Shown here piece by piece: positions 12,601 to 25,195 of a stretch of 64,000 bases of DNA. The position numbers were made by a program, and so were the translations under genes. Below the pieces are notes generated by a model that saw nothing but the letters and a program-made list of their open reading frames with translations, searched no databases and had not been told where the DNA came from. Source of the stretch: Nemertoderma westbladi (taxonomy: Eukaryota; Animalia; Xenacoelomorpha); assembly GCA_032718475.1 (NCBI GenBank), contig JAUCBJ010007580.1, positions 165,972 through 229,971 of the forward strand, written 5' to 3'. The first letter of the stretch is position 1, and each line of letters begins with the position of its first letter.

Positions 12601-13084
12601 AATCACACCCAGATACTCGTATTCGTTTGCCGAATTCTGTTGCGATTATTCGTATTCGTAAATCAGATAGGCTTTGAGTCAGATTTCTTGCGAATTTATT
12701 TACTACTGATTGTCGAAGTATTAGCTGTAATAATCTTAGATGTATTGCGAATGATTGTAGGGTAGTAGATATTAAGGAATTGACACCATCTGTAGTAGTG
12801 AATAATTTAAAGTATGTTCATACACCTGCAGGAGAAAATTGGAAAATTGAAACCTGCAGGGATTTAATAGATTCGTTAGTTGGATATTCGGAAATACCCG
12901 GTTTTTCAAGTTCGGAAATTAAGAATTTATTAGACTTTATTTCTTCGTCCTAGTTGATTTCTCGTCTGTGTATGCATTATGTGTATCTATGTACGTACCA
13001 CTGTATTAATTTGTGCTAAAGTGTACCATATAATTGTAACTATGTGTACGAATAAAAGAAATAATAATAATAATAAAATTCAAC

Positions 13085-16000
13085 TAACAATTGGATTAAC
13101 CTGCTCGATTTCCCATATTGTTTCCCTCGGTCGGGGTTGCACCAACCATCCCAGTCGACCCTAAAAATCACTCACAGACCAGATATCCGACTTCCTGAAA
13201 CTTGCCAAAAGCCAAAGATCCCTCTGGATCCCCACCCCAGCTCGACGCCCAGCTGAACCCATAGCCATCAATGATGAACAATTTGGCAAACTTTGGCAAA
13301 CATTTAAAAGCAGCTGTTAGCATTGCCTCTTCACCAACCTCTATTGCACCACCTACTCAAGAAACACTTCCATCGCTATGCAGCCTCAACCCTCAAGGAG
13401 TCGGTTGTGACCTGGCCAATCTTCCTCTGAGGACCTTAATATCACTCTTCTTCAGTTCTCCTTCCCTGATATCTTGAAAGCCATCCGTTCCTTTCCTAAT
13501 GGGTCAGCAGGCGGTCCTTTCAAATTATATCCTCAATTCCTAAAAGGACATTTGCTCTCACAAAGCTGGCGATGAAGCCCTGGTATCACTGGAGTCGATA
13601 ACCTAGTCATTAATCTTAAACTGATGACATTTAATTGTGATGGCTTCAGTAGAAACAAAACTTACATATATAATGTTATGGAAGAATGCAAACCAGACAT
13701 AATTAGCATTCAAGAGCACTGGCTTGGTCCACAACAAGCTGATTTTTATTTCATGCGTTCTAAGATTCATTCTGAGTACTCATGCATCACATTTACAGTT
13801 TCAAATGAAATGCTGATACCGAAACCGCGTGTGAGAGGTGAGGGAGGAACAGCACTATTTGTAAGAAACTGCCTTATACCCTACTGCAAGCCATTAAACA
13901 CTGGGTCAGATAGAATTTGTGGTATTCTGCTTCAACCACTATTTGAACAAGGTATTGCGATTATAAACATGTACATGCCTGCAAATTGTAACCAGGCTGA
14001 TGATGAAACAAAATATTCAAAAGTAATTGAACAATTACTCATAATCCTGGATGACTGCACTAACAACAATTTAGCTCCTGTAATTACGGGGGACATAAAT
14101 GGTTCCATAGGTGTTGGGAAGCTACATCCCCGGGGAGCTAAGAAATACTCAAAATTTGGTAAACTATTCAATGAGAAGATTATTGAACCAAATAATTTCA
14201 TTGTGGCTGATTTAACATCAAAGGGTTCAGGATTGAACTTCACATACAGCTTTCATCGAAACTTCGATGATTCACTAATAACAAGCTCAATTGATCATAT
14301 TATTATTCCAGATACTTGGTTCCCTTATCTAACATGTGCATCTGTTGTTAAACCAGTTGCAATGAACCTTTCTAGGCACACACCGGTGACTGCATCACTA
14401 CAATTGGAACAATCTAAACTTATAACAAACGGGTGCAAGAAAGTTAAATTAAAGAATACTCGCTGGAATTTCCATTCAGCATCAACAAGTCAAATTATTA
14501 ATTACAAGGAGGAAATAAAATCCGGAATATTACAACTCAATGTTACAACAAACTTCCTTAGTTTGGATCAACGAACTGAAGGTCTAGTGCAGATAATTGG
14601 AAGAGCTGCAAGGAATTACATTCCAATGTCTTTTGTTAAATACAGACCCCATAAGAACCCTGGATCGTTTCAGACTCATATCCGGAGCCTGGTTAATTCA
14701 AACAAAAACTCGAAGTCCTTTTGGAGGAAAGTAAAACCTAAACGGGAACACATGTTTACTGATAATCAGTTATCACAAATACACAAGGATGTCTCAAAAC
14801 AGTTTTCAAAGGAATCTGTAACCACATTAGAAGACCTGAAGTCTGAAGGACCATCTAAGATGCATCAAACTGAAACAGACATCAAATGCCACTCAAAAAT
14901 GGAAAGTGAAGATTGTGCTATTGATCCAGCAGATATAGAGTATTTGATAAATAGTCTGAATCGTGGGAAAACAAACGATATTTACAATATAAATGCTGAG
15001 TGTATTGTTTATGCCAATTCACCAATTCTTTGTAGATTTATTGCAGCCTTATTTAGCGATATTTTGAAGGCTGGAATCTGCCCAAAGGTATTCTCTCTCA
15101 GCACCATCACACCAATTCCAAAAATAAAATCAACGCGTACAACAATTACGGTTTCACCTGAGATATCATTCCGCTATATTAGCATCACACTGACGATAGC
15201 TAAACTCTGGGAGCTATCACTGCTAAAGGACTTATCTTTGTTGCCAACTAATAATCTCCAACTTGGCTACAAGCCTGGTTCTGGATCTGACATAGCACAT
15301 CTAGTCGCTAATAGTGTTCTCAATAAGTTCACGAGGAAAAATTCACCTGTATACTTGATGAGTGTGGATCTCACGTCTGCTTTTGATAATGTCTGCCATG
15401 CCAAGTTATTTCAGAAGCTCAGAAAGACTGAGTTAAATCCCAATATTATCGATGCTTTAGATTCTTTCTACTCCCAATCCAAAGCATTTATAACAGCTGA
15501 CGGTCATAGAATTAAAACTCCAATCCCTATTCAGAAAGGTGTACGTAAAGGGGGAATTCTATCTCCTCTTTTATTCAATTTCTACTTGAAAGACCTTATT
15601 GATGAGATGGAACAAAGCGGCTTGGGTGTTCATATAGGGCAACATTCATTTGCAGTAGTAAATTATGCTGATGACATAATATTAATTTCGAACATGAAAA
15701 TAGACCTCATAAATCTGCTGAACATATCATCGAACTATTTTCAAGAACACGACGTGCAGCTAAATATAACAAAGTGTCATTTTATTTCGCTAGATACCAA
15801 GGGGAAGGCCATATTAGACGACAATATAGTTTTCAATGGGGAGACAATTACATCAACGCTAGTATGCAAGTATATGGGATTGCCTATTCCTTGCGATCAA
15901 GCATCAATGTTTTCTTTTCTAAATGGGAAGATTTGGGGTAATGCAGCTCAAATGACCCGGAATGGGTTTTCAATTACTGATGTCCCCTTAATAATAACCA

Positions 16001-16865
16001 AACTGATATGGAATGTGATTTGTATCCCAAGTATTATCTATGGAGCAGCAAGTCTATCTTCTAAAAACATTGATGTTATTGCGAAACAGATAAGAAAGGC
16101 TATGCGCTCGATTCTACATTTAGACAACAAGATATCAAACTATATGTTATATAATTTGTTTGACTTGAATATAGAGGTGCTACTAAGGCTACAACAATTC
16201 AATTTCATCCATCGGATATTTAATATCGGAATTTCGGAATGGCTCTTCCCGAATATCCTCTGTGATCATTGTATTGGGTCTACCATAGATATGTTCTCTT
16301 CTTATAAAATTTCGTCATGGGAATACGAGTTACCTAACTTATTGTCCCTAGCTGTGTCCAGTTATTCTACCAAACACTGTGGCAACAAAGTTAAGAAAAC
16401 ATGTAATGATCTTATGTCTCACAAGGAGGAGTTTTTATCTATTTATTGTATTGATATTTTAAATAAATATAACTTAAACACTTTTGCACGACTATCAGTA
16501 CTAAAAGAAATGTTAATGTAAATTTTAATTTATAATGCCAATTTTGAATGGATATTATTATAGCACCGGATTTCCCGGATTTTAATATATATATATAAGG
16601 GATCTGTTCCAGGACCCAATCCTGGTGGAATCCGCCCTGGTTGGGTGCACAACTAGGCGCCTTTCAGCTAAGTCTGGATGTCGCCAATCAGCTTTCAACT
16701 CTGACCTTAAACTGGTCATGGTACACCCCGTAGCGCAGAAGCAGCAGCTCATGCAACCCGACGATTCTATCAGACTCTTAGGAACCTTAAGTCATAGTCA
16801 AATAGACTCCTCTAATGCATTCAATAGTGTCCACCATGGGGCAGTTCTACGTTCTATCCGACATA
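13085..16865 (+). pseudogene. CRE-like non-LTR RT remnant split by a younger LINE (pieces ~13085-13617 and ~16598-16865)
   Basis: AIRSFPNGSAGGP..YPQFLK on the left; GGIRP..VGCTTRRLSAK, GHGTPRSAEAAAHATRRF and KIDSSNAFNSV on the right. Confidence 0.7.
13624..16521 (+). CDS. Uninterrupted LINE ORF2 (APE + RT), 965 aa, RTEX-like
   Basis: TFNCDG, IQEHWL, GDING, SIDH, SRHTPV; RT QLGYKPG, DLTSAFDNV, GVRKGGILSP, NYADD. Short 3' UTR ending in (TA)n at ~16584-16597. Confidence 0.92.
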   Translation: MTFNCDGFSRNKTYIYNVMEECKPDIISIQEHWLGPQQADFYFMRSKIHSEYSCITFTVSNEMLIPKPRVRGEGGTALFVRNCLIPYCKPLNTGSDRICGILLQPLFEQGIAIINMYMPANCNQADDETKYSKVIEQLLIILDDCTNNNLAPVITGDINGSIGVGKLHPRGAKKYSKFGKLFNEKIIEPNNFIVADLTSKGSGLNFTYSFHRNFDDSLITSSIDHIIIPDTWFPYLTCASVVKPVAMNLSRHTPVTASLQLEQSKLITNGCKKVKLKNTRWNFHSASTSQIINYKEEIKSGILQLNVTTNFLSLDQRTEGLVQIIGRAARNYIPMSFVKYRPHKNPGSFQTHIRSLVNSNKNSKSFWRKVKPKREHMFTDNQLSQIHKDVSKQFSKESVTTLEDLKSEGPSKMHQTETDIKCHSKMESEDCAIDPADIEYLINSLNRGKTNDIYNINAECIVYANSPILCRFIAALFSDILKAGICPKVFSLSTITPIPKIKSTRTTITVSPEISFRYISITLTIAKLWELSLLKDLSLLPTNNLQLGYKPGSGSDIAHLVANSVLNKFTRKNSPVYLMSVDLTSAFDNVCHAKLFQKLRKTELNPNIIDALDSFYSQSKAFITADGHRIKTPIPIQKGVRKGGILSPLLFNFYLKDLIDEMEQSGLGVHIGQHSFAVVNYADDIILISNMKIDLINLLNISSNYFQEHDVQLNITKCHFISLDTKGKAILDDNIVFNGETITSTLVCKYMGLPIPCDQASMFSFLNGKIWGNAAQMTRNGFSITDVPLIITKLIWNVICIPSIIYGAASLSSKNIDVIAKQIRKAMRSILHLDNKISNYMLYNLFDLNIEVLLRLQQFNFIHRIFNIGISEWLFPNILCDHCIGSTIDMFSSYKISSWEYELPNLLSLAVSSYSTKHCGNKVKKTCNDLMSHKEEFLSIYCIDILNKYNLNTFARLSVLKEMLM

Positions 16866-17321
16866 ATCATCCCCCCCCCCCCCCCTCCCCCCACCCCATT
16901 ACCAAGCGTACTCCCAACCCTCTCACATTTTACCATACTAATCTGCCATGTAAACTCTTATCTTTCGTCTAATTGTTATTGTCCAATCTTTGTGTCATTG
17001 TTCTGTAGTGTATTTGTAGTGTATTTGTATAGTTATGACTGTTAACATTTACAGTAGGCATATTTATGTAATAATTATAAGTGTCAAAATTATGAATTAA
17101 AGTCTATTTAAAAAACTATATTTGTATATTAGTTGTTTATAAATATATAGTGAAATATTTCATTAAAAAAAAAGAAAAAACAGGAAAAAAAACATATAAA
17201 TTATAAATAATATTTAAATATGTCATTAAGGTAGCCAACATTATTAATATATCACTGCTGCATATATATTGTCCAAAAAATCTTGTTGTTTTTATTTTTT
17301 AGTTTAGTTTAGTTTTTATTT

Positions 17322-17445
17322 GTTGACCCTTGCAGCAGTGACCCTGGCCCTAGTGATATCAACGCGACCTGTACCAGTTACCCTGGGGAGTACACTTGTC
17401 ACTGTAACGATGTATTTTTCGGAAATGGATATTATTATGACAGAG
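17322..17445 (+). pseudogene. Degenerate EGF-like domain exon
   Basis: Translates VDPCSSDPGPSDINATCTSYPGEYTCHCNDVFFGNGYYYDR. This fits an EGF pattern with two Cys replaced (AGT, TAT). A T-rich tract precedes it. It is too short for the ORF track. Confidence 0.6.
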
Positions 17446-18118
17446 GGATGTACAGGTACGGGTATGATTTACAGTAATGATTCTCTATAAAGAACCTCGG
17501 AAGTGCCCCATAAACCAAAAATATAGAATGTGGGTAGCTGGGAATATATTATGAAATTGTTCTCCTGCTTTGGAGAACATGGTTCTGGAAGCCAGGACCG
17601 GAACACCTCAGAAATGTAAGGGACAAGAGAAAGGGGGAGTCAAGGACAGCATTGAATGGGCTGTTCAAGATTGGTAGGCTCATATAATACATGAAAATCT
17701 TATAGTCCGAATATTTAGAGCAGCAGTAGAACCAACACATATTTATGAGAGTCCATGTTCCCTCGCATGACCAGTGGAAAAAATTCGGTAGAAAATTTAA
17801 TTATTTAATATTGCTTGGAGGGTTTCTGGTTACAGGTTGCTAATTATATTTCTGAGATTACATATGTTCATTGAAACATATGTACAACATATTAAACATA
17901 GTAAATATATTGACATATTTTCATATGTTCTTTTAAAAGCTGGCAGTGTGCCGCCCATCAATGTTCAAAAGTGACGACTTTGGAGGTGAAATATGAGTTA
18001 TAATAGTTTCCCAAAATGTAAATATAAATTATCTGGTATGGTATGACTATAATCTATGGGGCCATGTTATTTATTTTTATTTTTTATTTAATTTAATATC
18101 ACTTTGACAATGGAATAC

Positions 18119-18259
18119 CAAAGTTACCATTTGGTTTGGCGAACTCTTGAAAGCTGCCTGAGCAATCATAACTTGATCAAAATTTGCAAGGCATAATTTA
18201 CCCAAATTCATGTTATGTTGCTTTACAACCATTTTGTCTTAAATCAAATGGTAACTTTG
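18119..18259. mobile_element. MITE-like element, 141 bp
   Basis: Terminal inverted repeats CAAAGTTACCATTTG(G/A)TTT, 15 bp perfect and 18/19 overall. No clear TSD. Confidence 0.55.
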
Positions 18260-18949
18260 TTCTCTAAGAAAAACGTACGACCACTAGAACTGGAGATTAT
18301 ACATTTTGAAGATCTCCGATGACCGATAAGTCTATTCCGTGTAATCCCGCAAAGACCGCAGAGTTGCTTATTCGAGTCCCGTCTTCATTCCGGAGACTTG
18401 AAGTTGTCTTATAAACTGACAAGTAGGTCCAATAATCATAAAACAATACATTCTCAATTACAATTTTGTGCTGTTTCTCGTGGAGACATCCAATTGGCAC
18501 CACTGAGCACAGAAATTTGCAGAAATTGAATGCAAACCCCAAACTTCACCGCCTTTACCGATATCGCGATATATCGGAGCCAATATCTTCTATCCCAGAT
18601 ATCTCGAAAACTAAGCAAGATATGGGAAAACTGTTTTCATATTATTATCAGATAGGATATGTTTCAAAAATTCGTCTTTTTGGTCAGAAAATGCGCTACC
18701 CCCCCCCCCCCCCCCCCCCCCCCCTTAACTTATATACAGTTTTGACGTAATTCATATGTGATAGATCAGCTAGATAGGGAGGATTCATTCTTACTTCATT
18801 TAGGATTCTCTTAACGGAGAATCTGTAATCTCGAATTGCCTGTAGTGGGGGGATTGCATCTCAGTAGCAAACGAATAATATTTCTGTACGAATCACATGT
18901 AAGTACCAAATGTACCACTATGTACATTAAAGATACATTCATTACTGTA

Positions 18950-19900
18950 TAATGTAATAGTAATACTGCCTGCAGTCTGTCTATTGTCTATTTTTATTTA
19001 TTTAAACCAGAGCCATTGCTCCATAGTAAAACGTATTACGAACATAGCACAAATTACATAAATTAAATAAAGATATTTACAAACGAAAAATTCTTGACAC
19101 ACCGTCAATTCGGGTGATCCTGTATACAGTCTTAACAATTATATTTGCACTATTTATAACCCTATTAAATAAACTATTCCGTGAAGTATGCTGTATATGA
19201 ACAAACATCGGGATATTCAAAGTTCCAAAGTATAAAGTATACTGGTGGGATCATCACCAGTCATTCGAGGAATGTTAAATAACATACGTAAACAATTATT
19301 ATAAGCAACACGTATTTTTTGGAATGCACTCTGGGAGTAGTTTGAGCTAGCCCACAGCGCATTACAATAAATAGGAGTACAAAATGCTTGAAACAACTTA
19401 ACTTTAACCTTATCTGAACAACTACCAAATTTCCTACATATGTAATTACCACGTGCATAGAGTGAGTTAGTTTGCCTAAGAATATCGAAATCGTCGTCGG
19501 TACTACAATGTAATAAATGACCTAAGTAAACAAATTTATCGACAATTTCAATTCGTTTTCCATATATATATACATTAGACGCACAACCTTGAGAGGATAT
19601 GGGATAGTAATACATACACTTAGTTTTTTTTAAATTAAACAGCATAGAACTACTATCCGCAAATTTTATTGCAATATTTATTAAGCACTGCAGACCAAAA
19701 ATAGAATTACTTAGCAAACAAAGATCATCAGCATAGCACAAGTGGTTAATTCGCATGTCACCCATTTTGCAGCCCAACCCAGTATTAGTTAGATCTGCAC
19801 TTAAATTATCAATATAAATATTAAAGAACAGGGGGGAGAGTATCCCGCCCTGTTTGGTACCATTTGAAACCTTAAAACTATTCGATAGAATAGACCCCCA
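18950..19900 (-). pseudogene. 5'-truncated RTEX-like LINE RT fragment
   Basis: GTKQGGILSPLFFNIY upstream of ORF 19217-19777, which contains HLCYADD and FVYLGH. Confidence 0.85.
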
Positions 19901-19926
19901 TCTTCATCTATTGTAATAGGTGCACT

Positions 19927-20203
19927 GCAGTCTGTCTGTAACTGCAAGCCAGGCGCCACCAGTCTGCCTGTGACCGTTAATCATAAGAATGTAATTTAAA
20001 GTGATAACTAACACACAGTGGTATCTACACTAAGGTAGTTACTAATAATTGTTCTATAAAGGTCTTAATACTTGCCGCCTTTGATTGCCTTTATGATACT
20101 TTATTGATTGCATCAGCTCTTTTCCTTTCGCCAGTAAATCCAACGGACGTCTGCGACAAAGAAGGGAAGTTGTACCTCATCAAGTTCGGGTTGGATGTTT
20201 CCT
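19927..20203 (+). pseudogene. Degenerate duplicate of the upstream region and exon 1 of the fibrinogen-domain gene
   Basis: 19927-20075 matches ~37800-37950 and 20114-20203 matches ~38093-38184. The ATG region is missing and there is a frameshift. Confidence 0.75.
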
Positions 20204-20324
20204 TAAAGCCTGGTTTATTCACTCAAAAAAATTTATTGTTTGCTTAACTGCCAAAAACATTATCAGTACGACAACATAATATTGTCAAAAAAGATAAGAA
20301 TATAAAGAATATAGGTTTTACAGT

Positions 20325-21860
20325 TGGACGGTTGGAAGGACCACTTTGAGAAGCTTCTAAACAAAGAAAGGGTATTGCCGGATTACTTTGAGGTACATGT
20401 TCACAGATATCCCCATTGGTGACATCTCCTTTGCTGAAATTAAGACCCCAGGTAGGAGCATCAAGACCAAGCGTGCCAGTAGTTGGATAGATGGCGTGAC
20501 CCCTGAGGTCTTTAAAATTCCTGAGTGTTTGGAGCTCATTGACCCCATTATTGTGGACATGTATAGGACAAAGAGAGTCCGTAAAGAACTGAGAACAAAT
20601 AAGTTGATCCCAGCCACAAAGAAGGGCAACCTAACAGCCTGTGGATCTTTTCATGGAATCTCAAATCTCATTAATCTCGATTGCTACAATGATTGATATA
20701 CAACATAATTGTATTAGATCGCATCAGGGTTCCTGTTGAGACACTGTTACATGGGAACCAAAATGATTTCCGTAAAGGTTGTGGGATCATGGAGTCTATT
20801 CTGGTATTCATAAGGATAAACGAATAGTTATCAACAAAGAAAGACAGACAACTGTCTGTTATCTTTGTTGATTTCTTTAAAGCCTTCGACTCAGTCTCCC
20901 GACCAAGTATGTTCAGCATACTTGGAGCATATGGGATTCTAGAGGAAATTATTGCAGCTATCATATGACTGTACGATGGTTCCACCACATTTGTGTCTAG
21001 TGCTGATGGTGACACAGATCCATTTGAAGTCTTATGGGGAGTCCTTCAGGGTGACACTCTTGTGCCATTCTTATTCGTAATTGTTGTTGATTATGTTCTA
21101 CATATGTCCTTAGATCATCTTAATAAAGATGGGGTGATGGTAAAACCCCCTACTGGCACAAGAAGTACTTATGGGTACTGTCAGAATCACTAGAGGGAGC
21201 CCAAAGGCTCCTCTGCTTATTGGAGCAGGTTGCTTCTAGTGTTGGTCTTTTTATACATTCCAAGAAGACCAAAATCATGACATTCAACGTAGGCAGCTCT
21301 CAAAAATGTCTGATCGGAAGGGCATAAGCTCTAAGGATGGCTTGCTTGAGCACTTGGATGATTTCTGTTACTTGGAATCATGGAGCAGAAAGTCAGGTAT
21401 GGCATGGGAAGGCATGGGCAGCATTAAATAGTCTGTCCAGGATTTGGAAGTCCCATAGAATAAAGCGGAACCTTAAGGTTCGATTATTTATGGCAGTAGT
21501 AGTCTTATATGGGAGTCCATGCTGGGCTCTAATTGCAGAGAATTCCACATCTCTGGATGGCATATTTACACGAATGCTGCGCCGGGTTCATTGTGTCAAG
21601 TACAATGAACACATTTCCAATCTGACTCTATAAAAAATTGGATGTGTTCAATTAGTTTCCCCTAGCTTGAAACTTGAGCGGAACCGCCTCCGCTTTGCAG
21701 GAGATTACTTTCGCCGTGAGGACCAGCCAGTGCATAATCTTATGCTTTGGCGGCCTCATGGAGCGAATATGCCTGGTAGACAGCCCATGACTTTCTAGAG
21801 ACGCATCTTAAAGGAAACTGGCCTTGCAGATGCGGATGAACTAGCAAATTTCATGGGTGA
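20325..21860 (+). pseudogene. Decayed RTE-like LINE RT
   Basis: FVDFFKAFDSV, GVLQGDTLVPFLFVIVVDYVL and AWAALNSLSRIWKS..LKVRLF occur across several frames with many stops. Confidence 0.8.
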
Positions 21861-23108
21861 TGAGTTGTCACCCATGATAACTCATCAGTTGTCATGAGTG
21901 ACATGTCAACCTGTCATGAGTTATGGCAGTGCAATTTGGTCGATAGCTGGCACAGCATTCTTAATATACAGTATATGTAATAAAATGTATGTAATATGTA
22001 ATATATATAATGCAGCTGCAATGCAGCATGCTGATTGTAGTAGTAGTAGTTGTAGAACGTGACAGTTGCCGAAACGCGATGTAACCACTTGTAATCGATT
22101 TTTCATGCCTTCGTATGGAGCACTATAAAAAATACACTCCCCCGTGATTCTAATTTAGATACAATATAATATTTACCATATTATCCCCATCCGCATTCCT
22201 TAATTCAAGCCCCTGCCAATAGCCATCCACCAGTAGCAAGATTGTAACATCACCATGGCCTCTCTCCCAATAACATTTACATAATGGGAGAGCCTCACCT
22301 TATTAGCCGTCCTCTTTCCTATTATTTGGCCTTGCTTCATTCACCAGGGAATTATAATTATAGCCAATAAAAACTCTATAACATAAAGTTGCAGTGTATA
22401 CGATTATTGATCAGTTTGCCAGTCAATATTAAGCATAATTTAACGTGAATTTAACAGATCCTTGCTAAGGAAAGACCACTATCCTTAGCAAGTGATAATT
22501 AGGGGTCAACTCCATATTGACCCCAAACACCGGGTTCATAAGAGGCCACATTTCACGAATTCAACAGTCAGAAACACTCGACTTGTAGATGGCAGGCCCT
22601 GTCATGCTATCTTGGTCAGCAGTCGGACTGGACTGTACCTATACTCACCTTTACTTCGCCTAGTATCGGTGGAGCTTAGTTAGTTCCCATTGAGAACCGA
22701 GCTTTTGGCGAACCAGCCTCCTAGAGCTTGCACACTCTGTCTGCCCGCAGACTCATTGGGGGCGACCTTCGGTCAAACCTCTAAGTCGTAGGATAAAGTA
22801 GCAGCTAGTATAACTTTCTGCATCAAATTGGACCCACCCCACCCAGTTTTCAGTATTGCCAAGTTTCAACTGCACCAAGTTTATTACAACTGTTTTAGCA
22901 ACCTATTTTCATTTTAGACCTTTTTTGACTGTTAAGTATTTTACCCCAGAAACGACTAAAATACTATATTTTGTGTATTATCCTTTTGGTTACAATTATT
23001 TGGATTGTATTATTTTTGAGGCTATACTTTGGTTCCTAACGGACCCAAAGCACCCCTCTTTTTCCCTCTGTTTCTCTTTTGCCCTCTTCCCAGAGGTTTT
23101 TCTATGGT

Positions 23109-23330
23109 GTGGGGCGAGCGACGAAAGTAAGCGAGCTTAGCATACAGGTACCACTAACTCAATCGGTGTGTCTGTTGTTCTGTTGATCTGTTGTTCTGTC
23201 ATTCTGTTGTTCCTGTTGTGTCCAATTTTAACCGTTAATAACTCAGCCAAATCTCGATAAAATATATCCAAACTTGGTACATGTAGTCTGGCAAAAGTTT
23301 AGAAATTTTCCAAGTTGAATTTGTGTGGGG
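23109..23330 (+). mobile_element. 5' end of a second HINE-like element
   Basis: GTGGGGCGAGC..CGAA.....GCG.AGC.TTAGC head similar to 10330, followed by a (TCTGTTG)-like microsatellite and ATAACT...AAACTTGGTAC. The 3' end was not found. Confidence 0.5.
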
Positions 23331-23837
23331 TCTTCGTGCAGCATCTGTGTAACTGTCTTGCAGTTATGATAAATTTATTTAACCAAAAATTATTAGGCTT
23401 GGCATCAGCTGGTTGCTAGGAGACTGCAAGATATATCAGGTGGGTTTGAAATTCAGCAATACCGGTACAATCAAGGTGTACTAAATAACAGATAACTGAA
23501 ATTAGCGGAGGCCAATAGCTTTATAGTAGATCCACACAGTTACATAGTATTTTACAAGTGGTTTTTATGAGTATTCATTTAATTATTGCATTTATAACCC
23601 CGATATGTGCTACATATTAATTAAGCGTTTGATTTATTAAGTTTGAGAACCTATTTTGAATTTTAAAAAATATTATTAAACAGGGATAAACACTATAATA
23701 TAACATTTATGTAATTATTTACTTATAATTATAGCAAAATATTATAGCACGAGCAGACCAGCCAGACCATTATTTAGCACAATGTTAATTAAATTTAGCA
23801 CGTTTCTTGGCGCTGCGATTTTCTTCATGGGATTTGC

Positions 23838-25195
23838 TTATAGACTTTTTAAAAAGGTTGCTGAATAAAACATTGGATAGTTTGCGCAGTAAGTGGTGTC
23901 CTTCAAGTTAAACAGAGGTGGTTGAGTATCACCTGTTGAAAGAGATTCATCGTTGTTAGCTTTGAGGTAATTGCCAAATTTTATATTAACCATGGTATTG
24001 TCAGTGAAAGTAGCAATAACTTTACCCCCTTGATCAATAATTGAATTCATAACTTCATTGGCTAGCTTTAGTTGAAAATTGGTATCAAGTGCAAGTATAG
24101 GAGCTAGTCTGACAACATGTTTCACCTTTGTTAATAAACATTTCATCATTATACAAAGGACAGTTTTAGCCATCTCATTGGTATTATCCTCAGCGCGACC
24201 ATGAACTGTTCCACCGTGATAGGATAGACGTTGGTTAACATAAACTTCATCAATAAGGAGGATACAATAGCGCGATCTTAGAGGCAATTTCTCGATAAGA
24301 GATGAAATAAAGTTGCTACTAGTGGTATTGCTAACACTAGAAGTCAAGGCATGCAGAGTGCGGATACTTGGAAGCTTCAATAGAGAACGCATATCATTGT
24401 ATAACCGGCGCGAAAGGGAGTACATGTGGAATGCAGCAATTAAATCATCTTTAGCATATATGACCATATTAATTGGGGTGTTCAGCAACTCCAACTGTCG
24501 ATACAGGAATTTGAACTTGACAGAATTGGCAATATATTGGTCATAAAAACGAATAATTGCATCAACTTCACTCCATTTAGATATATCTTTAAGGAATGGA
24601 TGTTGAATTTCCTCCAGTTCTCGAAAGCATTTCAATGAATAATGATGCGATTTACTGATGATGATGGTCCACAAAGAATATGGTTTAAATGGCGATCTTT
24701 CAGCGGCAAACAAGGTAAATTCTCCACTACGTTCTATGATATCTGCTTGTTGGCTATAACGAGATCTAAATTCAGACGTAAAAATGGAGAAGTCAATCAC
24801 ATCGCGTAACTGGAACTCGACCATTTCATCAATAGCAGGGTTTTCTCTGTTCTAATAGAGACTTCTTCGTTGTCCTTGGATCGGGTGGTGGTGTTGGTAT
24901 GAGACTTGGTGGCACATTGGAGAAAATAGTCGGTGGTTCTGCAGGTACAAAGGTACCGCCTTTTACCTTCTTCATTTGACATCCACTCGGCCAGTGCAAA
25001 CTACATATACCCATATTGTTTGTAACTTCACTTAAATTTATTATGTTGGGAAGTTGTTAATTGTAGCCACATCTGATGATCCGAAACTTCAGAAGGAAAG
25101 CGATACACGGATATTTTAGGGTTCACATCACTAACAGGATTCTCAGTTTATTTATAACCAGTTCGACATCCACCAACGCTACATTTCCTCCCCAT
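23838..25195 (-). pseudogene. THAP-domain P-element-like transposase, frameshifted and C-terminally truncated
   Basis: MGRKCSVGGC..YRFP..W..ICSLHW..PTIF (THAP C2CH), then LYNDMRSLLKLPSIRTL, LLIDEVYV, AKTVLCIM and FTDN, as in THAP9/P transposases. TIRs were not identified. Confidence 0.85.

Larger units (their letters stand above)
6150..13077 (+). mobile_element. Two-ORF APE-type LINE (RTEX-like), interrupted at ~10328-12656
   Basis: ORF1 and ORF2 are present. ORF2 breaks at ...FCNSI (10327) and resumes at 12657 (RKSDRL*VRFLAN...NLLDFISSS*, stop 12953). AATAAA at 13051 is followed by an (ATA)n tail. 5' boundary is approximate and the clade is inferred from motif style. Confidence 0.82.

Noticed and set aside
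22490-22850. GC-richer island with hairpin GGGGTCAA/TTGACCCC, possible ribozyme or TE 5' UTR
   Set aside because: Could not fit a known fold or link it to an element.
25073-25087. Hammerhead ribozyme core CTGATGA..GAAAC (also 13621 and, on the minus strand, ~21882)
   Set aside because: No convincing stems I-III, and two of the sites overlap coding sequence.
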